The notes beneath the pieces are model-generated. The model did not search any database. It saw only the letters and a program-made list of their open reading frames with translations, and was not told the origin of the DNA. A stretch of 64,000 nucleotides of DNA, from positions 7,978-71,977 of the forward strand of contig CAXAWH010000007.1 in assembly GCA_963972485.1 (NCBI GenBank), in the 5' to 3' direction. This document shows, in pieces, positions 1-10,550 of this stretch (its first letter is position 1; each line of letters starts with the position of its first letter). The translations under genes were made by a program, and so were the position numbers. This stretch comes from an uncultured Planctomycetaceae bacterium. Its GTDB lineage: Bacteria > Planctomycetota > Planctomycetia > Planctomycetales > Planctomycetaceae.

Positions 1-201
1 CAAAACTGCATTAAAACGCAATTTATTATGGGATTATTCGAGAAATACGGCACATTCTGGTCGATGATCAACCATAGGAGACATCTGAGTGATCGTATAG
101 GACCCATCGCTTCCAGTGAATAGAGCCGAATGGAGAGTCAGCCCGAGCGGGTTTTCAGGCGAGACGAATCAGTAATTGCGTGAGATCTCTTTCGAGACGC
201 A

Positions 202-3036
202 TTACATTTTGATGGACTGAATCTTTCCACGAACATCCTGAAGTTCGTCCTTCAATTTATTCAATTCATTTTCGTAGCGTGTGAGCAGCGAGTCGAGAAG
301 TTGGCTTCCCTGGTCTTTTATTTTTTGCTCAATAACCAGGATCGTTTCACAGGGAGGAAGCGAAGTGCCGAAGCTGTAAACGAGCCCCTTAAGTCGATGG
401 GCATGATGTCCTGCGGTCTCCCAGTTTTCGGCAGCAACTTCAGTCTGGAGTTCCTCAAATAATTGCGGGAAATCATCACAGTACATGGAAATCATTTCAC
501 AGAATAAAACCGCATCGTTTCCCATTCTTTGCAGAGCCCCATGAAATTTTTCCGGGATTGCAAATTCATCACGGGGTTTATCCGTCTTCGTCGGGATTCT
601 CGTCGATTTTCGACCGGATCGCCTTGCCAGTTTTTCAATCATATCCAGTAAGGCTTCGGCATCGACTGGCTTAGAAAGATAATCAGAAGCTCCCGCGTCG
701 ATGCAACGTTCCCGATCGCCTTTCATCGTGTGCGCAGTTAAAGCAATGATCGGGATGAGTGGCTCGTCAGGATCTTCAATATTTCGAATCGCTTTAGTGG
801 CCTGTAACCCATCCATTGTTGGCATCTGCATGTCCATCAGGATAAGATCGAAATCGTTCTCATAATAGAGGTCGAGTGCTTCCCGTCCGTTATTAGCCAA
901 GATAACATTATGCCCTCGTTTCCTGAGAATTTGTTCTACGACTTTCTGATTGACAGGAGTATCTTCAGCAACCAGGATCGTGAGCGGCTCATATTTTGTC
1001 GGACGGATGCGCTTCTCAAAAGTTTTTGGTCGTACTCGGCCACTCAGCAGGCTGACCAGAGTGTCCATCAATGTCGATTGACTGATCGGCTTCTCAATAA
1101 AGGCATCGACGGGAGCCGATTCACAGCGGGTCTCAAACATCATTCGATCTGCTGAAGAGAGCATCATTAATGAAGCCTCTGGAAGGATGCCATCTTTTTT
1201 CATGTTTTCCAGAAATTCAAATCCATCCATTTGAGGCATCAAGCCGTCGACAAGTAGAACCCGATAGGATTCTTCAGAGTCTTCACGAGGGGAATCCTTC
1301 AGTTTTTGCATCGCTTCTGCTGCCGTCGTTGCTGTTTCGGGGCACATACTCCAGTTTTCGAGTGTTGATTTGAGTGTGCGAAGACTGGTTTCGTTATCAT
1401 CGACGATGAGTACCCGGGCTCCATGAAAGTCATCAATTGTAATGGAACGTGTGGGCGTAGAGACGGTTTGAACCCCGGATTCCAGAGGGATGATAATATC
1501 GAAGCGACTTCCTTCTCCCGGTTCACTGGTGACCTCAATTCTCCCATCCATCCGGGAAATGATTTCCTGACAAATCGCAAGTCCCAATCCCGTACCGACA
1601 TAGTTGCGAGTTGTTGAGGCATCGACTTGGGTAAACGGCGAGAAAATACGAGTTTGATCCTCCTTAGAGATCCCAATACCCGTATCCAAAACGCTAATAT
1701 TTACCGAGTTGATTTGATCGTTCTCTGTCTCATCGTCAGTCAGGGAGACATCGACAAAGACTTCACCCTGTTCGGTAAACTTAATGGCATTAGAGACCAC
1801 ATTGACAATGATTTGTCGGATCCGGTTTTTGTCACCGTTGACATAGCGGGGCACCTGCGGAGAGATATGGGAAATTAGCTCCAGTCCTTTTTGATGTGCA
1901 CGAAGGGAAAGTGTCTTGAGCGTCTGCTCGACAAGGTTCGGCAATTCAAAGGAGTCGGCATCCAACTCGAAATGTCCGGTCTCCATACGAGAAAAATCGA
2001 GGACATCATTAATCAGAAATGTGAGTGTTTGTGCCGCGTCACGCGCGGTTTGAATGTAGTCTCTCATCACATCGGAAATGTCCTCATCGAGTGCGAGATC
2101 TGTCATTCCAATTATGGCATTGAGTGGCGTGCGAAGCTCATGGCTGATATTTGCCAGAAATTCTGTCTTTGTACGATTCGCGGTTTCGGCCAGATTCAGG
2201 GCGGTTTGCAATTCATCCTGAAACTGCGCATTTTCACTGCGATCGAGAACAAAAGCAATAAATTTATCTCCCGTGCCAGTCGAGGCGGCTCCGATCAAAA
2301 CGTTGCGAATTAAACCCGTTTTGGAAATAAGCTGCAATTCAAAAGGAGGGATTCTTCGATGCTTTTTGAGTTCTTCGATCGCATGCAGATCTCGATCACG
2401 AAAGTCTTTCGGAGTGAGGGAGATCCAGTTCAACTGGTTATTTTGTAAATCGTCTCGCGTATATTCGAGCAAGTCGAGAAATGCATCGTTCGCCTCGTAG
2501 AATTTGCCCTCAAAGCTGCAGAGCATCATGCCGATGACATTGGAATCAATCAAATCGCGATAAGTCGTTTCAAGGGCATTGAGTTCCTCCTGGGTGGTAA
2601 GAACCTGTTCGTAGTAATCCCGGGAAAACTTTTCTGCCAAAATCGCCTTGGCCTCATTGGTGACAGCCGTTTTACGGGTTTGCTGCAAAACGCCAATCAG
2701 GCTGCAAATGATCCCCCCTTCAAATATAAACACACCCGTTTTGATTAACGGTGTGATGTAATTCGGATCTGTGGCAGGAACAAGTGGTACAAATCGAAAG
2801 AAGGAATACAGAGACGTCACCGCCAGAGTCGTCACGCCCGCACGCAATCCGCCGATGCGAGCCGCTACGATGATAGAAGCGGGAAAAAGTAGAAATGGTG
2901 TTTCGTCTTGATCGAATGCGAAGCCTAACAATTCTCTGAGCAGAACGGCAATCAGTGCTGAAGCAATCCCTACTACTATTCCCTTCCAGAGTGGATTTAC
3001 AGGTAGCAGTTCAATTGTCTCAAGGCGATCATTCAT
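202..3036 (-). CDS. Hybrid sensor histidine kinase/response regulator (N-terminal membrane domain, PAS, HisKA, HATPase, two receiver domains, HPt)
   Basis: 944-aa ORF. H-box FLANISHELRTPLNAIIG and G2 box GTGLGLAICQEI. Two receiver cores (VLLVDGLMPQMDG, LILMDMQMPTMDG). C-terminal HPt motif HHAHRLKGL. Hydrophobic N-terminus with several TM helices. Confidence 0.9.
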   Translation of the reverse strand: MNDRLETIELLPVNPLWKGIVVGIASALIAVLLRELLGFAFDQDETPFLLFPASIIVAARIGGLRAGVTTLAVTSLYSFFRFVPLVPATDPNYITPLIKTGVFIFEGGIICSLIGVLQQTRKTAVTNEAKAILAEKFSRDYYEQVLTTQEELNALETTYRDLIDSNVIGMMLCSFEGKFYEANDAFLDLLEYTRDDLQNNQLNWISLTPKDFRDRDLHAIEELKKHRRIPPFELQLISKTGLIRNVLIGAASTGTGDKFIAFVLDRSENAQFQDELQTALNLAETANRTKTEFLANISHELRTPLNAIIGMTDLALDEDISDVMRDYIQTARDAAQTLTFLINDVLDFSRMETGHFELDADSFELPNLVEQTLKTLSLRAHQKGLELISHISPQVPRYVNGDKNRIRQIIVNVVSNAIKFTEQGEVFVDVSLTDDETENDQINSVNISVLDTGIGISKEDQTRIFSPFTQVDASTTRNYVGTGLGLAICQEIISRMDGRIEVTSEPGEGSRFDIIIPLESGVQTVSTPTRSITIDDFHGARVLIVDDNETSLRTLKSTLENWSMCPETATTAAEAMQKLKDSPREDSEESYRVLLVDGLMPQMDGFEFLENMKKDGILPEASLMMLSSADRMMFETRCESAPVDAFIEKPISQSTLMDTLVSLLSGRVRPKTFEKRIRPTKYEPLTILVAEDTPVNQKVVEQILRKRGHNVILANNGREALDLYYENDFDLILMDMQMPTMDGLQATKAIRNIEDPDEPLIPIIALTAHTMKGDRERCIDAGASDYLSKPVDAEALLDMIEKLARRSGRKSTRIPTKTDKPRDEFAIPEKFHGALQRMGNDAVLFCEMISMYCDDFPQLFEELQTEVAAENWETAGHHAHRLKGLVYSFGTSLPPCETILVIEQKIKDQGSQLLDSLLTRYENELNKLKDELQDVRGKIQSIKM

Positions 3037-3345
3037 AAAGAAACCGTGGTTTCGATAACGACCTCGTCAACAAGAAATGAGAGATGTTGAAAACGAGAAC
3101 AAAGTATACGGATGGAATTATATTCTGAGTTGGATAATATGCAGGTCCCAAAGTGTGAACGCTAAACGATCAATTCGCTTGATAATCGATCAATTGGAAA
3201 GTCAAAATAATGAAAACGAACTTTTTTAAGTTCAAATATGTGTTTTTGAACACACGAAATGAAATTGACTGTCCATAAAATATCAGTCGCAAATTCTGTA
3301 CCTGTTGATTCGGCAACGACTTTGAATTCGGCAGAGTAAAATGTA

Positions 3346-4857
3346 TTACTCTTCAGAGGTCGTGTTCTGGTCAACGTGAACATTTTTATCAAACTTGATG
3401 CCGAATGCCTGTATGCGGTCGCGGATTTTTCCTCGTGTAATTCCCAGAATTTCTGAGGCACGCGTCTGGTTTCCTTCTGTATGTTGAAGGACCTGTGTGA
3501 GGAGCACTTTTTCCATGACTTCCAGTGTTTCTGCATATAAATCGGTACTGCATTCATCGAGCCTATTCTTAATAAACCGCTCGATATTGACATGATCATC
3601 TGATTCCTCTTGTGATGCATTCGGCGAATTGAGCAGAGCGGGATCATCGACAAGCAGTTCATCTGGAATTGAATCGGGAACAATGACTGTTCCAGTTGTA
3701 TTCAATAACGATTGTCGGATTACACTCTGCAATTCACGCACATTGCCAGGCCAGGTATGCTTGCGATAAATTGCAAGTGCATCTGGCGAGATCCCGACAA
3801 CCTCATGTTTTCCCAATTCGATTCGAACTTTGGAAAAGAAGTATTCGATCAACTTGACGAGATCTTCTCCCCGTTCTCGAAGAGGTGGAAGGTTGATCGT
3901 AATTCCATTCAGACGATAGTACAAATCACCTCGGTATTCACCATCTTCGACCATCTGTTCGAGGTCGCGATTGGTCGCGGTGACAATGCGAACATTAGTC
4001 GAAATGGTTTCGTTGCCCCCGACACGTTCGAAATGCTGCTCCTGCAACAGACGCAGGACTTTACCCTGCACAAGCGGAGTCATGTCTCCAATTTCATCGA
4101 GAAATAGTGTGCCTCCATTGCATTGTTCAAATTTGCCGATTCGTCTTTTGTCTGCACCAGTGAATGCACCTTTTTCGTGACCGAACAATTCACTTTCCAA
4201 TAACTGGTCTGGGATTGCGGCACAGTTGACCGCCATAAAGGGTTCGTTGGACCGATTGCTGTACTGGTAAATCGCTCTGGCAACAAGTTCTTTTCCGCTA
4301 CCGCTTTCGCCACGAATTAATACCGTTACATCCTGAGTGGCAACTCGACCGACCTGCTTAAAGACTTCCATCATTTGCGAACTGCTGCCGACGAATAAAT
4401 CGCCCTGCATTTCAACAGACTCTAAGGCTTCAACGGCAACCGGCACATTCATCAAACGTTTGGATTTTATGGCAGACTGCACAAGTACGTTGAGTTTGGG
4501 AAGGTCGAGGGGCTTTGTCACATAATCAAAGGCTCCAAGTTGCATTGCCTTGATCGCCGTGGCACTGTCGGTGCCAGCCGTTATGAAGATAACTGGTGTT
4601 TTACGGTCAATTTCACGAATTCGCTGAAAAACATCCAAACCAGATACATGGGGCAGCATGATGTCTAACAGGACAACATCAGGATTTTTATCCAGTACGA
4701 CTGCCAATCCGCTTTGACTTTCTTCGGCTTCAATAACTTCACAGTCGAGTTGTTGGAGAGAACGTGTGATCATGTGTCGAATTGCGCGATCATCATCAAT
4801 CACCAGAACTAAAGGATTTGCAGAGTTTTGAGTATCCATCGCGTGTTTTCTAATCAT
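3346..4857 (-). CDS. Sigma-54-dependent response regulator (NtrC/Fis family)
   Basis: Receiver domain (VLVIDDD...VVLLDIMLP). AAA+ Walker A GESGSGKE, sigma-54 contact loop GAFTGA, Walker B LFLDEIGD. C-terminal Fis-type HTH GNQTRASEILGITRGKIRDRI. Confidence 0.92.
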   Translation of the reverse strand: MIRKHAMDTQNSANPLVLVIDDDRAIRHMITRSLQQLDCEVIEAEESQSGLAVVLDKNPDVVLLDIMLPHVSGLDVFQRIREIDRKTPVIFITAGTDSATAIKAMQLGAFDYVTKPLDLPKLNVLVQSAIKSKRLMNVPVAVEALESVEMQGDLFVGSSSQMMEVFKQVGRVATQDVTVLIRGESGSGKELVARAIYQYSNRSNEPFMAVNCAAIPDQLLESELFGHEKGAFTGADKRRIGKFEQCNGGTLFLDEIGDMTPLVQGKVLRLLQEQHFERVGGNETISTNVRIVTATNRDLEQMVEDGEYRGDLYYRLNGITINLPPLRERGEDLVKLIEYFFSKVRIELGKHEVVGISPDALAIYRKHTWPGNVRELQSVIRQSLLNTTGTVIVPDSIPDELLVDDPALLNSPNASQEESDDHVNIERFIKNRLDECSTDLYAETLEVMEKVLLTQVLQHTEGNQTRASEILGITRGKIRDRIQAFGIKFDKNVHVDQNTTSEE

Positions 4858-5100
4858 TTTCCAGTATTGTAATCAATCCGCCTGGCAAAGGTGCAGGCAG
4901 GGATTGAGGATGAGTTTTAAAATGAATTCTAGCAATCTACCCGAGAATTCTCATCATAAATTGCAGGCTATTAGTTTGAGCCAGTCCACAGCTGCGTTTT
5001 TCGGATTGGTTGATGTGCCCAACTTCATTTTCATTTGTCAGCGACGATTTTAAAGAATTCTCGAAGTGTTTATTCCACATGATTTGCGACTGTGATGAGC

Positions 5101-5682
5101 CTAAAATGGCCAGTAGATCATTAGCAGAGCAAAAGAAGTCAGCGTGAGCAGAAAGCCAACAAGTACGAACAGGCCATCGCGCGATGTCAAACCTAAAGAG
5201 AACAGGACGATCGCACCACTGGGAATAGCGACTGCCCATGGGAGCAATGCCAAAGGGTAGAACAATAATGCCAGTAGAATACAGATTCCTGCAACAATAC
5301 TGTCAAACGGACGTTGCGTCAGGAATGTCAATCGCTTGTATAAGGCACTGTCAACCCACTTGGCCCAGGGACGCATCACATCCGATGTCTTGTCCATTTT
5401 TTCTCGTGAGAACTGAATGTTCTCAATAAATTTAGGCAACCAGGGATGCCGCATTCCGAAAAGTAACTGTGCAGCAAACATAATAATAATGGTGCCGGTG
5501 ACGATAGACATCCCGGGTATCGCTCCAATCGGAGACAGAGCAATGAATGCAGGCAATAGAAGAATCGGACCATAACTACGCGAGTCGATCGTATCGAGCA
5601 ATTCACCTACAGTAATATGATCACCCGAGGTTCCCTCTTCAACGTCATCTAGCAAATCCGTCAGTGTATTGAGACTTGACAT
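5101..5682 (-). CDS. ExoD-like exopolysaccharide synthesis family membrane protein
   Basis: 193-aa ORF. N-terminal ITVGELLD...RSYGPILLLPA motif followed by several TM segments, typical of the ExoD family. Confidence 0.65.
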   Translation of the reverse strand: MSSLNTLTDLLDDVEEGTSGDHITVGELLDTIDSRSYGPILLLPAFIALSPIGAIPGMSIVTGTIIIMFAAQLLFGMRHPWLPKFIENIQFSREKMDKTSDVMRPWAKWVDSALYKRLTFLTQRPFDSIVAGICILLALLFYPLALLPWAVAIPSGAIVLFSLGLTSRDGLFVLVGFLLTLTSFALLMIYWPF

Positions 5683-5911
5683 GCTGGCCCTTTCAAAAAA
5701 TGAGATATGAACGCAAAACCAAGCGAATACTATGCCGACTTGCGATATCTCTCTTTTTTATGTGATTTTCTGGTTGCAAATCGACCATGCTGGTACTTTT
5801 TAACTCAAAAGTCGCTTCTTGATCAAATTCCCAAATTCGTGTGATAAATTTAATAACCCCCTTAAATACAAGGTTCATACGGGTGATACACCGTCTGTCG
5901 TCAAATACGAT

Positions 5912-5927
5912 TGGTATGTACTTTGCT
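5912..5927 (+). promoter_or_regulatory. Candidate sigma-54 (-24/-12) promoter, TGGTAT-N5-TTGCT
   Basis: TGGTATGTACTTTGCT has GG-N10-GC spacing and a TTGCT -12 box. It is intergenic, about 46 nt upstream of the ATG at 5974. An NtrC-type activator is encoded about 1 kb away. Confidence 0.45.
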
Positions 5928-5973
5928 GCTTTGAGCATTCAGATTGATTGACTTAACTCAAAGGGGGACAACG

Positions 5974-6246
5974 ATGAAATATTTACTGGTTATGCTGCTG
6001 GGCTTGTTTACAACTGCGGCATTTGTTGGTTGTGAAGAATCTGTAGAACAGAACGTTGATACCGCAGAAAAAGCAGTGGAAGACGGGATGGACAAAGCTG
6101 TTGAAGTGTCTGAGGATGTTGCCGAAGAAACTGGAAAAATGGTTGAAACTGCTGGCGATGAGATTGAAAAAGCAACGGATCAGCTAACTGACGATCCTAA
6201 GGATCCAGAAGATACTGCGACTCCTGAGCCAAAACCATCCAATTAA
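5974..6246 (+). CDS. Small acidic secreted lipoprotein (hypothetical)
   Basis: ATG at 5974 is preceded by an AGGGGG RBS. Lipobox-like signal MKYLLVMLLGLFTTAAFVGC. The remainder is rich in E, D, K and T. Confidence 0.6.
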   Translation: MKYLLVMLLGLFTTAAFVGCEESVEQNVDTAEKAVEDGMDKAVEVSEDVAEETGKMVETAGDEIEKATDQLTDDPKDPEDTATPEPKPSN

Positions 6247-6361
6247 TCAGATTACGCGATTCTATAACATCAGCGCACAATGAACGAATCGCTTTATAAT
6301 AATGATCTTGTGGTCACAACGATTTTGTGACTGGCCACATTCAGATTTTAAAGGAAAGGGA

Positions 6362-6835
6362 ATGCAAATGACTACGGAAACAAAGTTGAATCTTAATCAG
6401 CAAACCATCGAAAAGTTGCAGGATTTGATTCGGATCAATATCGATAGTGCTAAAGGATTTCGAGAAGCAGCTGAACAGCTCGATGAAAATATCCTTGGTG
6501 AAAAGCTGATTCAGCTCGCCAATGAGCGTGATCGTCAGGCTCGTGAACTGCAGGAGTATGTCAGTGTAAACAATGAGGATCCAGTTGATGAAGGATCCTA
6601 TGCGGCTGCGGTCCATCGCAGTTGGGTGAAAGCTCGCTCTTTGTTTACTGGTAACGATACCTATGCCATCATGGCTGAAGCCGAACGTGGTGAAGATCAT
6701 ATCAAGGCTGCCTACGAAGACGCACTCAAAGAGGAACCCGGCACCGCGATGAACGATATCCTGCTTCGCCAGTACGAAGAAGTGAAATCGATACACGACA
6801 ATGTCCGAGATATCCGCGATTCCTTGAAAAGTTAA
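6362..6835 (+). CDS. PA2169/DUF2383-type four-helix-bundle (ferritin-like) protein
   Basis: ATG at 6362 follows an AAAGGAAAGGG RBS. Motifs INIDSAKGFREAAEQ and AEAERGEDHIKAAYEDAL are typical of this family. A strong terminator follows. Confidence 0.6.
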   Translation: MQMTTETKLNLNQQTIEKLQDLIRINIDSAKGFREAAEQLDENILGEKLIQLANERDRQARELQEYVSVNNEDPVDEGSYAAAVHRSWVKARSLFTGNDTYAIMAEAERGEDHIKAAYEDALKEEPGTAMNDILLRQYEEVKSIHDNVRDIRDSLKS

Positions 6836-6865
6836 TCCCTGAATGTTCGATTACTTCAGTTTGAT

Positions 6866-6901
6866 AAACCGTTTCACAATAAACTGTGAAACGGTTTTTT
6901 T
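6866..6901 (+). terminator. Rho-independent terminator
   Basis: 13-bp perfect stem AAACCGTTTCACA / TGTGAAACGGTTT with a 6-nt loop, followed by a T-run. It lies inside the 5' part of ORF 6886..8055, which argues for the later start at 7021. Confidence 0.85.
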
Positions 6902-7020
6902 GTTGTCGATTCTTAATAAACACTTCTGGTGTTTATAATGCTTCCATTCGAGCAAACTTAAACCCGTTCCAGTCCCCATTTTTGTTGAAGACCAGGATTA
7001 TTGCTGATAAGGCATTCGAA

Positions 7021-8055
7021 ATGATGAATCTGCTGATAAAACTTGGATTACTTGTGATGACCTGGATACTGGGACTGGTCGCATCTCTGGACACACTACT
7101 GCACAATCAGATTGCGCCCTCGAGAGAAATTTATCGGCAGGTTTCAGTCCCCTATCGCGAAGTCATTCAGAAATTTGAAACGGAACAGTCCAGTCAAGTG
7201 GAGTTTCGACAAGCGGTTAATCTGACTGCGAGAGAACAATTGCTCCTGGAATTGATCAATCGCGCACGTCACAATCCGACTGCTGAAGCAAAGCGTTATG
7301 GCATCGATTTGAATGCGGATTTGGAAGAGAACGCCATTTCGAAATCTCCAAAACAGCCACTTGCTCCCAATCAGTTGCTGACAAATGCTTCTCGCGCACA
7401 TTCTGAGGACATGCTGGCGAATGATTATTTCGCCCATGAAAGTCCAGAAGGAACTCATCCCGGAGATCGGGCGAGTGCAGCCGGGTATGAATGGAATCAT
7501 GTGGGAGAGAATATTTCCTGGGGAGGTTCCACGGGTGAAATCAAAGAAGACGAACAAGTCCCGGAACGACACGAGCGACTCTTTCTAAGTGCCGGGCATC
7601 GCAAGAATCTTCTCAAAGACGAATTTCGAGAAGTTGGCATTGGTTTTCTGTTTGGTCGATACAAGCACGAGGATAAAGTCACTTACAATGCTTCAATGGT
7701 GACTGAGCTCTTCGGAGCAAACTTGCGGACGGGGTATTTTATTACTGGAGTCGTTTATAACGATGCCTCAGATGGTTCTATTGAAGATGACGACTTTTAT
7801 TCGATTGGTGAAGGTGTCAATGGAGGCGAAGTTGTCGCGGTGAATGTCGAAACTGAAGAAGAATTTCCGGGAGAAATTAACGCAGTTGGAGGTTATGGCA
7901 TACAGGTTCCCGAAGGAGCTTACCGGATCAGAGTCAACGGAGGTGGACCAGGGGCCGAGACCTATGAATCCGATCAAGTCACTGTGCAATCAGCGAATGT
8001 GAAAGTCGACTTCGAAACAACGACAGCGCGATTAATTTCATCCAAATCGGAATGA
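7021..8055 (+). CDS. CAP/SCP/PR1-like domain secreted protein
   Basis: Start moved to MMNLLIKLGLLVMTWILGLV (TM/signal). CAP-domain motifs RAHSEDMLANDYFAHESPEG and GENISWG. Beta-rich C-terminal extension. Confidence 0.7.
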   Translation: MMNLLIKLGLLVMTWILGLVASLDTLLHNQIAPSREIYRQVSVPYREVIQKFETEQSSQVEFRQAVNLTAREQLLLELINRARHNPTAEAKRYGIDLNADLEENAISKSPKQPLAPNQLLTNASRAHSEDMLANDYFAHESPEGTHPGDRASAAGYEWNHVGENISWGGSTGEIKEDEQVPERHERLFLSAGHRKNLLKDEFREVGIGFLFGRYKHEDKVTYNASMVTELFGANLRTGYFITGVVYNDASDGSIEDDDFYSIGEGVNGGEVVAVNVETEEEFPGEINAVGGYGIQVPEGAYRIRVNGGGPGAETYESDQVTVQSANVKVDFETTTARLISSKSE

Positions 8056-8382
8056 TTGACCATTTCAATAAATATCATATGGAAGATACTACTCTTGAAT
8101 CAGGAATTCAAAATCACCATCAACTATTGCACCCAATGTCGCTGGTTATTGAGGTCGGCTTGGATGGCTCAGGAATTGTTGACAACTTTTGAGCAGGAGT
8201 TGTCCGAGGTCGCTTTGAGACCGGGAACTGGAGGAGTCTTTGATATCACGATCAATGGCAAGTTGCTCTGGTCTAGAGCAGAACAAGGCGGCTTTCCTGA
8301 TATTAAAGTCCTCAAACAAATCGTCCGGGATGTCATCGCGCCCGATCGGGATTTAGGTCATTCCGAGAAGAAGCCGGATTGA
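8056..8382 (+). CDS. Rdx family (SelW/SelT-like) CxxC redox protein, Cys form
   Basis: Motif ITINYCTQCRW...GGVFDI...LWSR...GGFPD is typical of Rdx/SelW-like proteins. Both redox positions are TGC/TGT Cys codons. The true start may be TTG at 8095 (MNQEFKITINYC). Confidence 0.65.
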   Translation: MTISINIIWKILLLNQEFKITINYCTQCRWLLRSAWMAQELLTTFEQELSEVALRPGTGGVFDITINGKLLWSRAEQGGFPDIKVLKQIVRDVIAPDRDLGHSEKKPD

Positions 8383-8440
8383 AGTGTCGACAATCAGCAA
8401 AACTCACAGCGACACACTCGCTTGCGATTCGTGCATGTTT

Positions 8441-9079
8441 TCATAATTTTCTTAGCAGCACGACATCATTCCCGGCGACAACAAGTTCGGCCTTCCACGC
8501 ATTTGCCATCCATTGAAATGTCTCGATCGAGTAAAAACAGACGTGGGTAGGGTCCTGTTTGTAGTGCCAATTGCGAAACGAGTCCAAATCGCGAACGCGT
8601 TTTGTCATGATGCCAAGCCAGCCCTGGGGTTTCAGTAACGACCATAAAAGATTCAACTCGCGTTGAGGCTGATGGAAATGCTCGACAACTTCACTGGCTG
8701 TAATGAAATCGTATGACTGATTGAGGACTGATTGGTCGGGAGCATAAAAGGGATCGTAAATCTCCATTTCATGGCTGGCTTCTGTAAACATGAGGGAGAG
8801 TGTTGGGCCAGGACCGCTGCCGAAATCCAACCCACTGCTAGCTGGCTTTAATCGTTCGTTCAGTGGCGCAAACAGTCGACTCAAAAATTTGCGATACCCA
8901 AGATCTTCGGGATGATTTTCATGCAGATCGTAATGACGTTTTTCCGTTTCCGGTGTGGGCAGGTTCTCCCGGTCAACAAAAACCAGAGAGCAGGTGCGAC
9001 ATCGAAAGTATTCTCTCAATCGATCTTGATGAAAATGCTCTGAGAGCGTGTTGCAGAGTGGGCAAGATTGCGTCTTCAC
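8441..9079 (-). CDS. Class I SAM-dependent methyltransferase with N-terminal Zn-ribbon
   Basis: CPLC...CRTC zinc-ribbon pair. SAM-binding motif I GLDFGSGPG. Confidence 0.7.
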   Translation of the reverse strand: MKTQSCPLCNTLSEHFHQDRLREYFRCRTCSLVFVDRENLPTPETEKRHYDLHENHPEDLGYRKFLSRLFAPLNERLKPASSGLDFGSGPGPTLSLMFTEASHEMEIYDPFYAPDQSVLNQSYDFITASEVVEHFHQPQRELNLLWSLLKPQGWLGIMTKRVRDLDSFRNWHYKQDPTHVCFYSIETFQWMANAWKAELVVAGNDVVLLRKL

Positions 9080-9107
9080 TGGGGAGGCTTAATCCTTTTT
9101 ATGGATA

Positions 9108-10550
9108 TTACAGTGCAGGCATCTTTTCATGCCAACTGCATTCCTGCTCATACATGCGAGCGGCACGCAGCAGGGTTTCTTCACCAAGGACAGGGCCGAG
9201 CAATTGAGTGCCGAGAGGCAAACCGTCTTCTGTAAAACCACAGGGAATGGACATGGCAGGAATACCAGCCAGATTTGCTCCAATGGTGAAGATATCGGCC
9301 ATATACATCTGCAGAGGATCGTCGACTAATTCTCCCCGTTTGAAAGCTGGCCCGGGCGTGACTGGTCCTATCAGCAGGTCGACTTTCTCGAAGGCGTTGA
9401 GATAATCCTTTTGAATCAAGCGGCGCACTTTCAAAGCTTTGAGATAGTAGGCATCGTAATAGCCGCTGGAAAGTGCATAGCAACCGAGCATGATGCGACG
9501 TTTGACTTCTTCGCCGAACCCTTCGGTACGCGTCTTTTCATACATCTCCTGCAGACTGCCGTAATCCTGAGCGCGATGTCCATATTGAACGCCATCGTAA
9601 CGGGAAAGATTACTGGAAGCCTCCGAAGGAGCGATGATGTAATAGGTTGCAACGCAATACTTCGAGTGTGGCAATTCAATTGGCACGATCTCGGCACCAA
9701 GTTTTCGATAAGTGTCGACCGATTGGGTGACCGATTCTTTTACGGAATCTTCCACTCCTTCACCCAACCATTCTTCGATAAAGCCGAGTCGAAGATTTTC
9801 CAGGGGGCGATCGAGCGTTTCGAGATAATTGGGGACAGGTTCGTTGAGTGAGGTCGAGTCAAGTTCATCGTGCCCGGCGATTGTCTGCAGCACGGCTGCT
9901 GCTCCGTAAACATCTTGCGAGAAGGGGCCGATTTGATCGAGCGAACTGGCAAAGGCAACCAGGCCGTAGCGGGAGACGCGGCCATAAGTCGGCTTCATTC
10001 CCACAACTCCGCAAAAGGCAGCGGGTTGACGGATCGAGCCTCCGGTATCACTTCCCAATGCGACAGGTGCTAAACCCGCAGCGACAGCAGCGGCTGAACC
10101 TCCCGAAGATCCACCGGGAACATAATCAAGATTCCAGGGATTATTCGTCTTACCCAGAGCCGAGTTTTCGGTGGACGATCCCATCGCGAATTCATCGAGA
10201 TTCGTCTTCCCAAGAATGACCGCACCGGCTTCGTTCAATTTTCTGATGACCGTTGCATCGTAAGGCGATCGAAAATTCTCCAGCATCCGCGAAGCACAGG
10301 TGGTTCCCGAGCCGATGTTGCAGATATTATCTTTAATGGCAATCGGCATGCCCGACATCGGGGAATCGGTCGCAGATAACTCCCCTGCTCTGTTTTTTAC
10401 CGCAGTGGAATCTGACTGTAAATACGCCCCGACTTTGGGATTAATTGATTCGATACGATTCAGGTAAGCCTCAGTCACTTCCTGAGGGGAAGTGGACTGA
10501 TTCTTAATATTATTGACGAGAATGCGCGGATTACTGATCGAAGCGGACAC
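9108..10550 (-). CDS. gatA: Glutamyl-tRNA(Gln)/aspartyl-tRNA(Asn) amidotransferase subunit A
   Basis: 480 aa. Amidase signature GGSSGGSAAAVAAG. Full-length GatA-like architecture (IAIKDNI...GSDTGGSIRQPA). Confidence 0.88.
   Translation of the reverse strand: MSASISNPRILVNNIKNQSTSPQEVTEAYLNRIESINPKVGAYLQSDSTAVKNRAGELSATDSPMSGMPIAIKDNICNIGSGTTCASRMLENFRSPYDATVIRKLNEAGAVILGKTNLDEFAMGSSTENSALGKTNNPWNLDYVPGGSSGGSAAAVAAGLAPVALGSDTGGSIRQPAAFCGVVGMKPTYGRVSRYGLVAFASSLDQIGPFSQDVYGAAAVLQTIAGHDELDSTSLNEPVPNYLETLDRPLENLRLGFIEEWLGEGVEDSVKESVTQSVDTYRKLGAEIVPIELPHSKYCVATYYIIAPSEASSNLSRYDGVQYGHRAQDYGSLQEMYEKTRTEGFGEEVKRRIMLGCYALSSGYYDAYYLKALKVRRLIQKDYLNAFEKVDLLIGPVTPGPAFKRGELVDDPLQMYMADIFTIGANLAGIPAMSIPCGFTEDGLPLGTQLLGPVLGEETLLRAARMYEQECSWHEKMPAL

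Noticed and set aside
1-201. A possible partial gene at the left edge
   Set aside because: No open frame with recognisable coding character was found. It is left unannotated.
6886-7020. The 5' extension of the CAP-domain ORF (start at 6886)
   Set aside because: The extension overlaps the strong terminator of the upstream gene (6866-6901). It precedes a much better start with a signal/TM segment at 7021.
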